Assembly (NCBI GenBank): GCA_041946735.1
Contig: JBHGAY010000001.1
Location: 1-64,000 of the forward strand
Length of the DNA: 64,000 nucleotides
Direction: 5' to 3'
Source of the DNA: Candidatus Eiseniibacteriota bacterium
GTDB lineage: Bacteria > Eisenbacteria > RBG-16-71-46 > CAIMUX01 > VGJL01
Shown here: positions 1 through 9,519 of the stretch, one piece after another
Numbering within the stretch: position 1 is the stretch's first letter
Layout: each line of letters opens with the position of its first letter
Position numbers and translations under genes: made by a program
The notes under the pieces: model-generated
Told to the model about the DNA's origin: nothing
The model's database searches: none
The model's input: only the letters and a program-made list of their open reading frames with translations

Positions 1-85
1 GATGCTGCGGCTGCTCGGCAACCGCATCATCGAGCGCTTCGGCGAGCGCGTCGCGCCGCGCCAGGAGAAGGAGAAGGAGAACTAA
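1..85 (+). CDS. 3' end of a gene entering the window (..MLRLLGNRIIERFGERVAPRQEKEKEN*), product unknown
   Basis: Frame 2 is open from the window edge to TAA at 83-85, with strong GC3 bias. Confidence 0.6.
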   Translation, partial: MLRLLGNRIIERFGERVAPRQEKEKEN

Positions 86-97
86 AGATCGAGGAGA

Positions 98-688
98 TCA
101 TGACGGAGCGGCGGGCTCTTCCAACTCGTGGCGCAACCACATAGCCGCCACTCTCCAGTCCGCCTGGACGCTGCGCTCCGAGATCCCCAGGACCTCCGCG
201 ATCTCTTTCTCCTTCAGTCCTGTGAAGATTCTCAGCTCCACCACGCGTGCGCCCCGGGGATCCATCGCTGCCAGCCGGGTCAGCGCATCGTCCACCTCGA
301 GGATCTCGAGTTCCGAGCGCTCCGTGAGGTGCAACTCCTCGTCCAGCTGGATCCTCTCCCAGCCGCCTCCCCGCTTCTCCGCGCGCCGTTGCCGCGCGTG
401 CTCGACGAGCACGCGGCGCATCGCCGTCGCGACGATCCCGAAGAAGTGCGCGCGGCTCTGCCAATCGATGGGACGGCGGCCGACCAGGCGCAGATACGCC
501 TCGTTCACCAGCCCCGTCGGCTCGAGTGTTCGCTCCCGGGGCTCATGCCGCATCAAGGCGGAGGCGATCCTGCGCAGCTCGCCGTACGCTGCCTCGAACA
601 GACGGTCCGTCGCTTCTGCCCGGTCTCCGTGCTTCTCGGCCAGGATCCGGAGAATCCGGGTCACTTCCCCTTCCGTGGGCTCGGTCAT
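98..688 (-). CDS. ECF-type RNA polymerase sigma factor (TIGR02999-like family)
   Basis: Motifs YGELRRIA, TLEPTGLVNEAYLRL, WQSRAHFF..AMRRVLVEHAR..AEKRGGG, VVELRIFTGL..EIAEVLGISERSVQADW. Confidence 0.92.
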   Translation of the reverse strand: MTEPTEGEVTRILRILAEKHGDRAEATDRLFEAAYGELRRIASALMRHEPRERTLEPTGLVNEAYLRLVGRRPIDWQSRAHFFGIVATAMRRVLVEHARQRRAEKRGGGWERIQLDEELHLTERSELEILEVDDALTRLAAMDPRGARVVELRIFTGLKEKEIAEVLGISERSVQADWRVAAMWLRHELEEPAAPS

Positions 689-882
689 CGTTCACCTTCA
701 CGGTAGATAGTTCCCGGTAGCTCGCGGACGAGCATAGCAGCGACCCGGCACCACCGCGATAGGCACTGCGGGTTTCGAGCCGACATTTCGCATGGACAAT
801 TGAGGGGTTCGATTGAAGGGTTCGATCGCAAGCCCGAGGGGCCAACGCCCCAAACCAGATGTCGCCACACGAGGAGGAGATC

Positions 883-1455
883 ATGTTCGCGCCGACGCGC
901 GCGCTCGCGGCCGTCGGTCTGACTCTCCTGGTGGCGGGATGTGCCGACGTGAAGCAGCCGGTGGATGCGCAGAGGCTCAATGGAATCGAGCCTAGCCCGT
1001 TCTCGGCATATCAGCGCTACGGATGGATGGAGAATCGCGAGATACCGGACGGCGACCGCAAGGGAACCTTGATCGGGCCGGTCTTCACCGACGGCGAGGA
1101 TGCCGAACTGGGCCTCGTTATCTTGAAGCTCGCGATACGTCACCAGGCGCCCGGGGACCTCGACATCTGGCTTGCCTACGACGCGGACCGAGACGGCAAG
1201 CCGGAGGTTCACGCTCCGATTGAGTTTTTCCGTTCGCGGCAGGACGTCTGGGCGGAGGAGAGGCACGCCTGTCCCGCCGCTCTCGAAGGAGCTTACCTAT
1301 TCCGGAATGGTAGAGGCTGGGAGGAGATGATTTTCGAGCCGTTCCACGGCCTGCCTCGCGGCGGAGCTTTCTACCTTTCGGTCGCGGACACTCTCGCGGG
1401 CGATAGAGGCACGGTGCTCGGCTGGGCGATCTACCTCGAGGAGGCTGGCTCGTAG
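883..1455 (+). CDS. Lipoprotein with proprotein-convertase P-domain-like fold
   Basis: SD GAGGAG before ATG 883; lipobox LVAGC; IPD..IRH..PGDLDIWL and C-terminal YLSVADTLAGDRGTVLGWAIYL resemble P-domain motifs. Confidence 0.65.
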   Translation: MFAPTRALAAVGLTLLVAGCADVKQPVDAQRLNGIEPSPFSAYQRYGWMENREIPDGDRKGTLIGPVFTDGEDAELGLVILKLAIRHQAPGDLDIWLAYDADRDGKPEVHAPIEFFRSRQDVWAEERHACPAALEGAYLFRNGRGWEEMIFEPFHGLPRGGAFYLSVADTLAGDRGTVLGWAIYLEEAGS

Positions 1456-1528
1456 TCCGCCTCCGATGCGCGGTTCCTGCATCCGCCGGATCCGCCGCTG
1501 GCCGTCGAACCCCAGGTCGGCTCCGCCC

Positions 1529-2407
1529 CTACGTATCGAACCCGAGCTCCCGGATATACGTCTTCTCCAGCTTCGACCGGCTTCGCGCGAACCGGCTCCG
1601 CACCAGAAGACCGGCGCCTAGCGCGATCGCGCCCGCACGATGCACGCGCCCGGGAGGGCAGCCCACCGGAACGAATCCAACCTCGCGCCCCTTCGCATAC
1701 AACCGCTCGCGCACCGAATCGAGGAAGGCCGCCGTCTGGCCGAGAACCGGATGCCCCTCCCCGCGTGACGCGACCGCCTTCACGAGGACCGGCAGCAGAG
1801 CGAGTTGCAGCTCGAGGATGCCGAAGTACGCCGTCCGCAGCAGGGCGCTCCCCCGCGCCAGCCGCCGCGTCTCACGCTCCCCCCACGCGACGTGCTTCTC
1901 CTCGTCGCGGCAGATCGCCTCGAGCTTCCTCTTGATCGGCGGCACCCGCGGATCGGAGTCCGGCAGCGTCTGCATGAGGACGTCCCGGAACAGATCGAGC
2001 ACGAGCCCCTCGCCGATCAGGTGCTCCATCATGACCTTCACCGGGTAGTAGTTGTTGTGCGTGGAAAGAAAGCGGATCACCCAGTGCGCGCGCGATGGGC
2101 GCATGTCCAGTTCCCGGAAGATGGAGCCGAACACTTCGAGGTGCCGCAGCTCCTGCGCCGCCTGCCGCACGTAGAACTGCGCCGCCTCGAGCGAGCGCGC
2201 CGCGTAGAGCGACTTGCCGCAGTAGACTCCGGTCGCCTCTCCGTAGAGCGCTTGCGAGAGGATGAAGCGCACGATTTCGCGATCCTGCGGGGACTCGAGA
2301 TCGAACGTCGCTCCCCCGAAGTCGTAGCCAGGGGCGTGGCGGGAATCGGCCGGACTGGGATCGGCCGCAGGGACCTCTGCGGGGCGGGCATCGATCGGGT
2401 CGGTCAT
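1529..2407 (-). CDS. Ferritin-like (di-iron) domain protein
   Basis: Paired ExxH motifs (QELRH, DEEKH), each preceded by a Glu-containing helix (YGE, IGE); GGAGG SD. Confidence 0.75.
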   Translation of the reverse strand: MTDPIDARPAEVPAADPSPADSRHAPGYDFGGATFDLESPQDREIVRFILSQALYGEATGVYCGKSLYAARSLEAAQFYVRQAAQELRHLEVFGSIFRELDMRPSRAHWVIRFLSTHNNYYPVKVMMEHLIGEGLVLDLFRDVLMQTLPDSDPRVPPIKRKLEAICRDEEKHVAWGERETRRLARGSALLRTAYFGILELQLALLPVLVKAVASRGEGHPVLGQTAAFLDSVRERLYAKGREVGFVPVGCPPGRVHRAGAIALGAGLLVRSRFARSRSKLEKTYIRELGFDT

Positions 2408-2641
2408 GTCGAAGGCACCTCCCCCTCATGATAGTGAAGATGCGGGCCAAGCGATCGATCAGCATGAATTTGGCCGCGCCAGCCGCCAGCCGCACGCCGC
2501 GAGGTCGCCCGCCGCGCCGCCGCGAGGCCGTGCGCGTTCTCCCTTGTCGGACTCCTCGGTCGCGGGCTACTCTCCTCGGTCCCCGATGGGCCGCAGCGCC
2601 CGCGATCCCGACAACCGTCCGGCCGCCAGGGAGAACTCCTC

Positions 2642-4753
2642 ATGCGTCCAGCGATCCTGCCCGCCGCCCTGACGATGCTCGCCTGCGCCTGCCTCCTCGC
2701 GACATCCCCCGCAGGAGCCGAGGAGCTGCGCAGCGTGTCGTCCGGAATGACCACCATCCACTGGGACACGAGCCTGCTCACCGATCTGGACTTCCCGATC
2801 GTCGCGGTGACCGGCGATCTGGACCTCGGGCAGGAGGACGATCACCACATCGAGGACCCTCACTGGACCTTCGCCGTCACTCGCGCGACCGACCTGACCT
2901 TCCGCGTCGATCACGGCATCGCGCTCCCCTACGGGATGACGGGCGGCGCCATTCGCCATGCGGGGGCGATCACCTTCCTCGATACGCATACGGGCGCGCG
3001 TCATGCGCTTTCGAACTTCTCGCTCGTCTATCGTCCCGGCATCGTCGATGGTCCGGGCGGGCCGCACCCGACCGATCAGCTCCTGCTGGTCTCGCAGGGT
3101 GAGACCGTCGCCGCCTTCCGCGTGGACGACTCGATGCTCGACTTCCGTCCGGGGAAGGAGCAGCTCCAGGTCCATTACATGAACATCGCGATCGCGGACG
3201 CCTGGGCGGAGGCGATCGGCCGGCCCGACCTCGCCGGCTGGACCGTCGCGAACGCGGAGGTCGTCTCCGACACCCGCCTGATCGAGTCGATCCCCTCGCC
3301 CGGCGAGCCGTACACGCCCCGCTTCGACATCGGCATCGACGTCTCGCTCGGCGGCATCCGCTCGATCCAGCAGATCGACCGCGAGGGGACCTACCCGGAC
3401 GGCGTGACGGCGCTCTCCTTCGCGACCACCGCCTGCAACGTGGGCGATGTCGACGTTCCGTGGCTCGCGCCGATGCAGGAGAACCATCCGGTGATCGCGA
3501 TGGCGCTCTACCGCCTGCTCGACGGGCGGCTGTCGCAGATCGGCTTCTCCGACATGAAACACGGCTTCTACGCCCTCTCGAACAACGACTGCTCGGCTTG
3601 CCAGAATCCCTCCGACGGGAGCTTCCTCGGCGTCGGGTGCTCCGACACCTACGGGGTCATGAACAACTCCGATCGCAACTATCTCGCCCCGCGGTCCGAG
3701 GTCAACGGCTTCACAGCGAAGTGGGACTGCCAGGGCTCGCACTTCGCCGGCGGCCTCGACGACTGCGTCCGCCATCACAACGGGAGCGGCCACGGCCCGA
3801 TCGATCACCGCCTCTTCGCGCGCGACGCCGATCTGGGCAACGACGGCGCGACCTACTACTACGAGGGGTACTACCTCGTGCGCGAGGACGTCGCGAAGGC
3901 GAACAACATCGGCTACCGGCGCTGCACCATGAGCTGGTCGGGAAGCGTGTGGAACTTCACGACGCCGTCGAACGACAATCCGCTCGTCGAGGGCCCGGTG
4001 ATCGACACCTGGGGAGACCGGCGGACCGTGGTGCCGGCCGGCGACGGCGACGGGAACCTCACGCTCGCCGTGCGGACGCAGGATCTCGGGGACGGAATGT
4101 TCCGCTACGAGTACGCCGTGTTCAACTTCGACTCGGACCGCGAAGCGCGCTCGCTCCAGATTCCGGTCGGCTCGCTGGCCGGGATCACGAACATCGGCTT
4201 TCACGATCCCGATCTCGATCCCGCCGACGACTGGCAGGTGTCGCTCGAGAACGGCGTTCTCACCTGGTCGACCGACGCGTTCGGCGACGATCCGGGCGCG
4301 AACGCGCTCGGCTTCGGCATCCTGTTCAACTTCTGGTTCGACGCTCCGGCGACGCCGGTGGACGGCGAGGCCCGTCTCGGGCTCTTCAAGCCTCACGATC
4401 CAGACTTCGTGACCGCCGCCACCATCGTCCCGGCCGCTTCGTCGGCGTCGGTCGTCGACGCTTCGCTCGACGGCCGCCGGCTGCTCCTCGACCCTCTGCG
4501 CCCGAATCCCGCCGCGCCCGGGACGACGATCTCCTTCGAGCTGGCCGCCCCCGGCCCGGTGCGGATGCAGGTCTTCGATCCTTCCGGGCGTCTGGTGGCG
4601 GAGGTCGCCGATGAGGCGATGGCGGCGGGGCGCCACGAGCGCTCCTGGGACGGCAGGGACGCGGGCGGGCGTCCTGTGGCGGCCGGCGTCTACTACGTCC
4701 GGGTGACGGCATCCGGCGAGGAGGCGATCCGCTCGGTGGCGATCCTTCGATGA
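2642..4753 (+). CDS. Secreted Cys/His-rich protein with central lysyl-oxidase-like motif series and C-terminal FlgD-Ig-like domain
   Basis: Signal peptide; TTACNVG..HPVIAM..KHGF..CSAC..GVGCSDTY; C-terminal PNP..TTISF..FDPSGRLV..WDGRD..GVYYVRV. Confidence 0.8.
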   Translation: MRPAILPAALTMLACACLLATSPAGAEELRSVSSGMTTIHWDTSLLTDLDFPIVAVTGDLDLGQEDDHHIEDPHWTFAVTRATDLTFRVDHGIALPYGMTGGAIRHAGAITFLDTHTGARHALSNFSLVYRPGIVDGPGGPHPTDQLLLVSQGETVAAFRVDDSMLDFRPGKEQLQVHYMNIAIADAWAEAIGRPDLAGWTVANAEVVSDTRLIESIPSPGEPYTPRFDIGIDVSLGGIRSIQQIDREGTYPDGVTALSFATTACNVGDVDVPWLAPMQENHPVIAMALYRLLDGRLSQIGFSDMKHGFYALSNNDCSACQNPSDGSFLGVGCSDTYGVMNNSDRNYLAPRSEVNGFTAKWDCQGSHFAGGLDDCVRHHNGSGHGPIDHRLFARDADLGNDGATYYYEGYYLVREDVAKANNIGYRRCTMSWSGSVWNFTTPSNDNPLVEGPVIDTWGDRRTVVPAGDGDGNLTLAVRTQDLGDGMFRYEYAVFNFDSDREARSLQIPVGSLAGITNIGFHDPDLDPADDWQVSLENGVLTWSTDAFGDDPGANALGFGILFNFWFDAPATPVDGEARLGLFKPHDPDFVTAATIVPAASSASVVDASLDGRRLLLDPLRPNPAAPGTTISFELAAPGPVRMQVFDPSGRLVAEVADEAMAAGRHERSWDGRDAGGRPVAAGVYYVRVTASGEEAIRSVAILR

Positions 4754-5898
4754 GCAAACGGGCGGCGCCGCTCGCCCGGACCGGCCGGCGCGCGGCCTGG
4801 GGCGTGGCGCTCCTCGCGAGCGCCGCTTGCTCGCCGGCCACGCACGGCGACGCGCAGCCGCTCGAGGGGATCCGCGTCCCGCCCGGCTTCCGGATCGGCG
4901 TCTACGCCGCCGGCGTCCGCGGGGCGCGCTCGATGGCGCTCGGCGACCGGGGGACGCTCTTCGTCGGCACGATCGAGGAGGGAGTGGTCTATGCAATCAC
5001 CGATGCCGACCACGACGGACGAGCGGAGCGCGTTGCCACGATCCTCGAAGGAGCCGACATGCCCAACGGCGTCGCCTTCCGCGACGGCGACCTGTACGTG
5101 GCGGAGGTCAGCCGCGTCGTGCGACTCGAGGACATCGAGAGCCGGCTCGACGACCCTCCTCCGCCCACCGTCGTCCGGGACGACTTCCCGAACGCGCGGG
5201 CGCACGGCTGGAAGTACCTCCGCTTCGGTCCCGACGGGATGCTCTACGTTCCGGTCGGCTTCCCCTGCAACGTCTGTTTGCCGGACGATCCGATCTTCGG
5301 CACGATCACGCGGATGAAGCCCGACGGCAGCGACCGGGAGATCTTCGCGAGCGGCATCCGCAACACGGTCGGCTTCGACTGGAGCCCGCGCGACGGCGTC
5401 CTCTGGTTCACCGACAACGGCCGCGACTGGCTGGGGGACAATTCGCCCCCCGACGAACTGAACCGCGCGCCGCGCCCCGGCCTACACTTCGGCTTTCCGT
5501 TCTGTCATGGCGGCACGATTCCCGATCCGGAGTTCGGCAGCCGCGCGAGCTGCGACGAGTTCGAGCCGCCGGTCGCCGACCTGGGGCCTCACGTGGCGGC
5601 CCTCGGGATGCGCTTCTACACCGGCTCGATGTTCCCCGAACCCTGGCGCGGGCGGATCTTCGTCGCGGAGCACGGCTCCTGGAACCGCTCGCAGAAGATC
5701 GGCTACCGTGTCGTGACCGTCGAGCCGGACGGCAACGGCCGCGCCGGCCCTCCCGAAGTGTTCGCCGAAGGCTGGCTGCACGACGGCTCCGTCTCGGGCC
5801 GGCCGGTCGACGTCCTCGTCCTCCCGGACGGTTCGCTCCTCGTCTCCGACGACTATGCCGGGGCGATCTACCGGGTCACGTACATAGGAAAGGAATAG
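4750..5898 (+). CDS. PQQ-dependent glucose/sorbosone dehydrogenase family beta-propeller protein
   Basis: HGWKYLRFGPDG.LYVPVG.PCNVC, GIRNTVGFDW, NGRDWLGD, EHGSWNRS, GRPVDV..DGSLLVSDD; ATGA overlap with upstream gene. Confidence 0.9.
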   Translation: MSKRAAPLARTGRRAAWGVALLASAACSPATHGDAQPLEGIRVPPGFRIGVYAAGVRGARSMALGDRGTLFVGTIEEGVVYAITDADHDGRAERVATILEGADMPNGVAFRDGDLYVAEVSRVVRLEDIESRLDDPPPPTVVRDDFPNARAHGWKYLRFGPDGMLYVPVGFPCNVCLPDDPIFGTITRMKPDGSDREIFASGIRNTVGFDWSPRDGVLWFTDNGRDWLGDNSPPDELNRAPRPGLHFGFPFCHGGTIPDPEFGSRASCDEFEPPVADLGPHVAALGMRFYTGSMFPEPWRGRIFVAEHGSWNRSQKIGYRVVTVEPDGNGRAGPPEVFAEGWLHDGSVSGRPVDVLVLPDGSLLVSDDYAGAIYRVTYIGKE

Positions 5899-5909
5899 GA
5901 AGGCACAGG

Positions 5910-6491
5910 ATGAAGCAGCGTTCGATTCGGTCCTCGTTCCCTCTCGCCACCCTGCTCCTCGCCGCCGCCGCCGTTCTCGTCTCGTTCGCGGCGGGCGGCG
6001 CGCGGGCGCAGGACGGCGGCTCCATCGACCGGGCGGTCGCGGTCCTCATGCCCACCGAGGGGAACGCGATCCAGGGGGTCATCTTCTTCACCCAGGAAGG
6101 CGACTCGGTGCATCTGCAGGGAGAGGTCCGCGGCTTTGCCCCCGGGACTACCCATGGCTTTCACATTCACGAGTACGGCGACCTGCGCGACCCGCGCGGC
6201 GAGAGCGCCGGCGGCCACTACAATCCGGAAGGCCACCCGCACGCAGGCCCGATGGCGGCGATGCGCCACGCCGGCGACTTCGGCAACATCACGGCGGGAG
6301 GCGACGGCGTCGCGAAGATCGACTGGATGCTCGGCGGCTTCTCGATCTCCGGCCCGAAGAACGCGATCCTCGGGCGCGGCGTGGTCGTGCATGCGAACCC
6401 CGACGACCTCAAGAGCCAGCCGAGCGGCAACGCCGGGCCGCGCGTCGCGGTCGGCGTGATCGGCGTGGCGAACCCCGCAGTCAAGGGATAG
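5910..6491 (+). CDS. sodC: Periplasmic Cu/Zn superoxide dismutase
   Basis: Signal peptide; HGFHIHEYGD, GGHYNP..HPH..RHAGDFGNI, GRGVVVHANPDD..SGNAGPR. Confidence 0.95.
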   Translation: MKQRSIRSSFPLATLLLAAAAVLVSFAAGGARAQDGGSIDRAVAVLMPTEGNAIQGVIFFTQEGDSVHLQGEVRGFAPGTTHGFHIHEYGDLRDPRGESAGGHYNPEGHPHAGPMAAMRHAGDFGNITAGGDGVAKIDWMLGGFSISGPKNAILGRGVVVHANPDDLKSQPSGNAGPRVAVGVIGVANPAVKG

Positions 6492-6569
6492 GCGAGGACG
6501 GGATCGGCGAGGGCGGGGAGCCGCTCGCGCGCGAGCGAGCGACCGGGCGCGCGAGCCGCCTCACCCCTC

Positions 6570-8609
6570 TCACCAGATCTTCACGCGCAGGCTGTCCGGA
6601 CGCCACATGGCGTCGCCCGGCCGCACGTCGAACGCCGCATAGAACTCCGGAAGGTTCGCGAGCGGCCCGTTGACCCGCAGGAAGACGGGCGAGTGGACGT
6701 CGGTCATGATGAGCTGATCGAGGAACTCCGGTCTCTGCTCTCCCAGCCAGCTCAGCGCATAGCCTAGGAAGAAGCGCTGGTCGGGGGTGAGGCCGTTCAC
6801 CTTCTCCCCCTTCTTCCACTGCTCGGTCTTCTGGAACGCTTCGTAGCCGATGACGAGCCCGCCCAGGTCGGCGATGTTCTCCCCGAGCGTCGCCTCGCCG
6901 CGCACGTGGCGGCCGCCGACGACGTACTGATCAAACTGGTCGGCCAGCAGCTTCGCCCGCTGGGCGAAGCGTGTGGAATCCTCCGGCGTCCACCACGGGC
7001 GGAGGTTCCCGTCGGCGTCGTACTGCCGCCCCTCGTCGTCGAAGCCGTGGGTGATCTCGTGGCCGATCGTCGCGGCCCCTGCGTAGGCATAGAGGATCGC
7101 GTCGTCGGTCATCGAATCGGGCAGCCCGGGGATCAGGAAGACGGCGGCCGGCAGCACGATCTCGACGTTCGAGCCGTCGTAGTAGGCGTTGTACGTCTGC
7201 GGCGTCATCCACCATTCGGTGCGGTCGACCGGCTTGCCGATCTTCTGCGCCATGTAGTCGAACCACCACCGGTTCACACGGACCTGGTTCTGGAAGTAGG
7301 AGTCCCGGGCGATCTCGAGCGTCGAGAAGTCGCGCCATTGGTCCGGATAGGCGACCTTCTTCTTCACCTTCGCAAGCTTCGCCAGCGCCTTCTGCTTCGT
7401 CGGCTCGCTCATCCAGTCGAGCCGGACGATCCGCTCGCGGTAGGCCGCGAAGAAGTCGTCGACCAGCTTCTCGTAGCGCGCCTTCGTCGCCGGTGAGCAA
7501 TACTTCGCGACCCAGACCTGGCCCATCAGGTCTCCGATCGCCCCTTCCTCCGCGTCGAGCACCCGCTTCCAGCGAGGGCGCTGCTCCTGCCTCCCGTCGA
7601 GGATCGTCCCGTAGAAGTGGAAGTCCTGCCTCTCGAGATCGGCGGTCAGTCGGCTCGCGAAGGCGTTGACGAGCGTCCAGCGCAGGTACTGCTTCCACTG
7701 CTCGAGCGGCACCTCCGCGATGAGCGAGTCGGCCGCGTCGTAGAACTCCGGCTGGCCGACGATGACCGAGTCGACCGGAGGGATCCCGAGCAGCCGGAGC
7801 TGCTCCTTCCAGTCGATGGACGGGGTCCGCGCGGAGAGATCCGCGACCGACATCTTGTTGTAGTTCGCGTAGGGATCGCGAAGCTGCTCGAGCGTGCGCG
7901 AGGCGCGCGCCAGCCGCGTTTCGAGCGCGAGGATCGAGGCCGCCGCCTGCTTCGCCTCGGGCTCCGGTTCTCCGATCCGCTGCAGCATCGCCGCGATCTG
8001 CCAAGGATATTGCTCGCGAATCTTCGTCGTGGTCGAGTCGTCGAGGAAGTAGTAGTCCCGGTCGGGCAGGCCGATGCCCCCCTGGAAGAGATGCACCACG
8101 TACTCCTCGCTGTTCCGCTCGTCCTGGCCGACATACATCCCGTAGAGCGGGCGGACGCCGTAGGTCTGGAAGAGCGCGATCACGCGGAGCAGATGGTCCC
8201 GCGAGGAGATCGCATCGATCCGTTCCAGCTCGGGGCGGAGAGGCGTGATCCCGGCTCGCTCGATCGCCGCCGAATCCATCGCCGCCATCCAGAAGTCGCC
8301 GATCTTCTGCTCCAGGCTGCCCTTTGGCGCGCCGGACGCCGCCGCCGACTCGAGGATGCCCCGCATCTGCGTCCGGATCTCGTCGATCACGAGGTTCGCC
8401 AGCCCCCAGCCACGCTCGGCGGGCGGGATCGGGTGGTTCGCGAGCCAGGTCCCGTTGGCGTAGCGGTAGAAGTCGTCGCCCGGCTTCACCGTCTTGTCCA
8501 TGTTCTGGAGCAGCGGGTCGTTCTCGGGGCTCGGCGCCGCGGCGTGGACGCCGAGAGGACCGAGGAGCATGACGGCGACGGCGATCAGGATCGCGAGGAA
8601 TCGGAACAT
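6570..8609 (-). CDS. M13 family (neprilysin/PepO-like) metallopeptidase, secreted
   Basis: PGDDFYRYANG.WL, NAYY, GHEITHGFDD, GENIADLGG, HSP..RVNG.LAN. Confidence 0.95.
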   Translation of the reverse strand: MFRFLAILIAVAVMLLGPLGVHAAAPSPENDPLLQNMDKTVKPGDDFYRYANGTWLANHPIPPAERGWGLANLVIDEIRTQMRGILESAAASGAPKGSLEQKIGDFWMAAMDSAAIERAGITPLRPELERIDAISSRDHLLRVIALFQTYGVRPLYGMYVGQDERNSEEYVVHLFQGGIGLPDRDYYFLDDSTTTKIREQYPWQIAAMLQRIGEPEPEAKQAAASILALETRLARASRTLEQLRDPYANYNKMSVADLSARTPSIDWKEQLRLLGIPPVDSVIVGQPEFYDAADSLIAEVPLEQWKQYLRWTLVNAFASRLTADLERQDFHFYGTILDGRQEQRPRWKRVLDAEEGAIGDLMGQVWVAKYCSPATKARYEKLVDDFFAAYRERIVRLDWMSEPTKQKALAKLAKVKKKVAYPDQWRDFSTLEIARDSYFQNQVRVNRWWFDYMAQKIGKPVDRTEWWMTPQTYNAYYDGSNVEIVLPAAVFLIPGLPDSMTDDAILYAYAGAATIGHEITHGFDDEGRQYDADGNLRPWWTPEDSTRFAQRAKLLADQFDQYVVGGRHVRGEATLGENIADLGGLVIGYEAFQKTEQWKKGEKVNGLTPDQRFFLGYALSWLGEQRPEFLDQLIMTDVHSPVFLRVNGPLANLPEFYAAFDVRPGDAMWRPDSLRVKIW

Positions 8610-8767
8610 CGGGACAACCTCCCTCGTCAGGCGAATGCCGACTTCCCGCCGAGGATAGGTTGGCGAACGAACGAAGGCTAGTCCTGGCGAGGTCCGGATT
8701 CGCGCCGGGGTGGGAGCGCGCCGCGGCGCCGCCGGCGGGCGGAGCCGGCGGGCGGATCGCGGGCAGG

Positions 8768-9502
8768 TCAGATCCGCGCGTCGATCCAGTCCGAAATCGC
8801 CTGGGCCAGCTCGGCGATCACGTCCTCGCCGGTCCGCCCCGTGCGCTTCGGCACGCGGAAGGAATGGTCGGCATCGTCGACTACGTGCAGCGTCGCCCGC
8901 GCGCCGATTTCGCGGCAGACCGTCCGGATCGCGTCGATCGGGGTGAGCCGGTCCCGCGTCCCTTGCAGGAACAGCATCGGCTGGCGGATCTCGAAGAGAT
9001 GGCTCGTGCGGTCCTGCCCCGCCGTCCCACCGAGGCTCTGCAGCGGATAACCGACGAAGACCAGGCCCCGCGCCCGGTCGAGCGACCCCGCAGCCGCCGC
9101 CATCGAGGTGATCCGCCCTCCCATCGACTTGCCGCCGGCGAAGAGGGGCAGCTCATTCACCCCGGCCTCGGCGGCGGCGTCTTCCGCGGCCGCGGCCCCC
9201 GCCCCCCATGCGGCGCCTACCGTGGCCAGGAGGACGGCCGTGGAGTCGATCCGCTTGTTCCCCTTCTGCATGTAGGGAAACTGGTAACGGAACGTCGCGA
9301 CGCCGCGCTCGCCGAGCTTCTCGCAGAGCGCGGCCAGGAAGGGATGGCGCATCCCCGCTCCCGCGCCGTGCGCAAAGCTGAGCATCGCCTTCACGTTCCC
9401 CGGCACGAGGAGGAGAGTGTCCACCTGTCCCGGCCGTCCGACGTCGAGAGAACCGCTCCGTTCGAGCACCGCTGGAACCTCCTCCTCTGCTCCAGGGGGC
9501 AT
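8768..9502 (-). CDS. Alpha/beta hydrolase (KANL3/Tex30-like)
   Basis: AHGAGAGM, GGKSMGGR nucleophile motif, FLQGTRD, ADHSF; GGAG SD before ATG 9502. Confidence 0.9.
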   Translation of the reverse strand: MPPGAEEEVPAVLERSGSLDVGRPGQVDTLLLVPGNVKAMLSFAHGAGAGMRHPFLAALCEKLGERGVATFRYQFPYMQKGNKRIDSTAVLLATVGAAWGAGAAAAEDAAAEAGVNELPLFAGGKSMGGRITSMAAAAGSLDRARGLVFVGYPLQSLGGTAGQDRTSHLFEIRQPMLFLQGTRDRLTPIDAIRTVCREIGARATLHVVDDADHSFRVPKRTGRTGEDVIAELAQAISDWIDARI

Positions 9503-9519
9503 GGTACTCCCTGCTCGCG

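Noticed and set aside
4827..5909. N-terminal extension of sodC (554-aa ORF)
   Set aside because: It overlaps the dehydrogenase gene out of frame; ATG 5910 gives a normal signal peptide.
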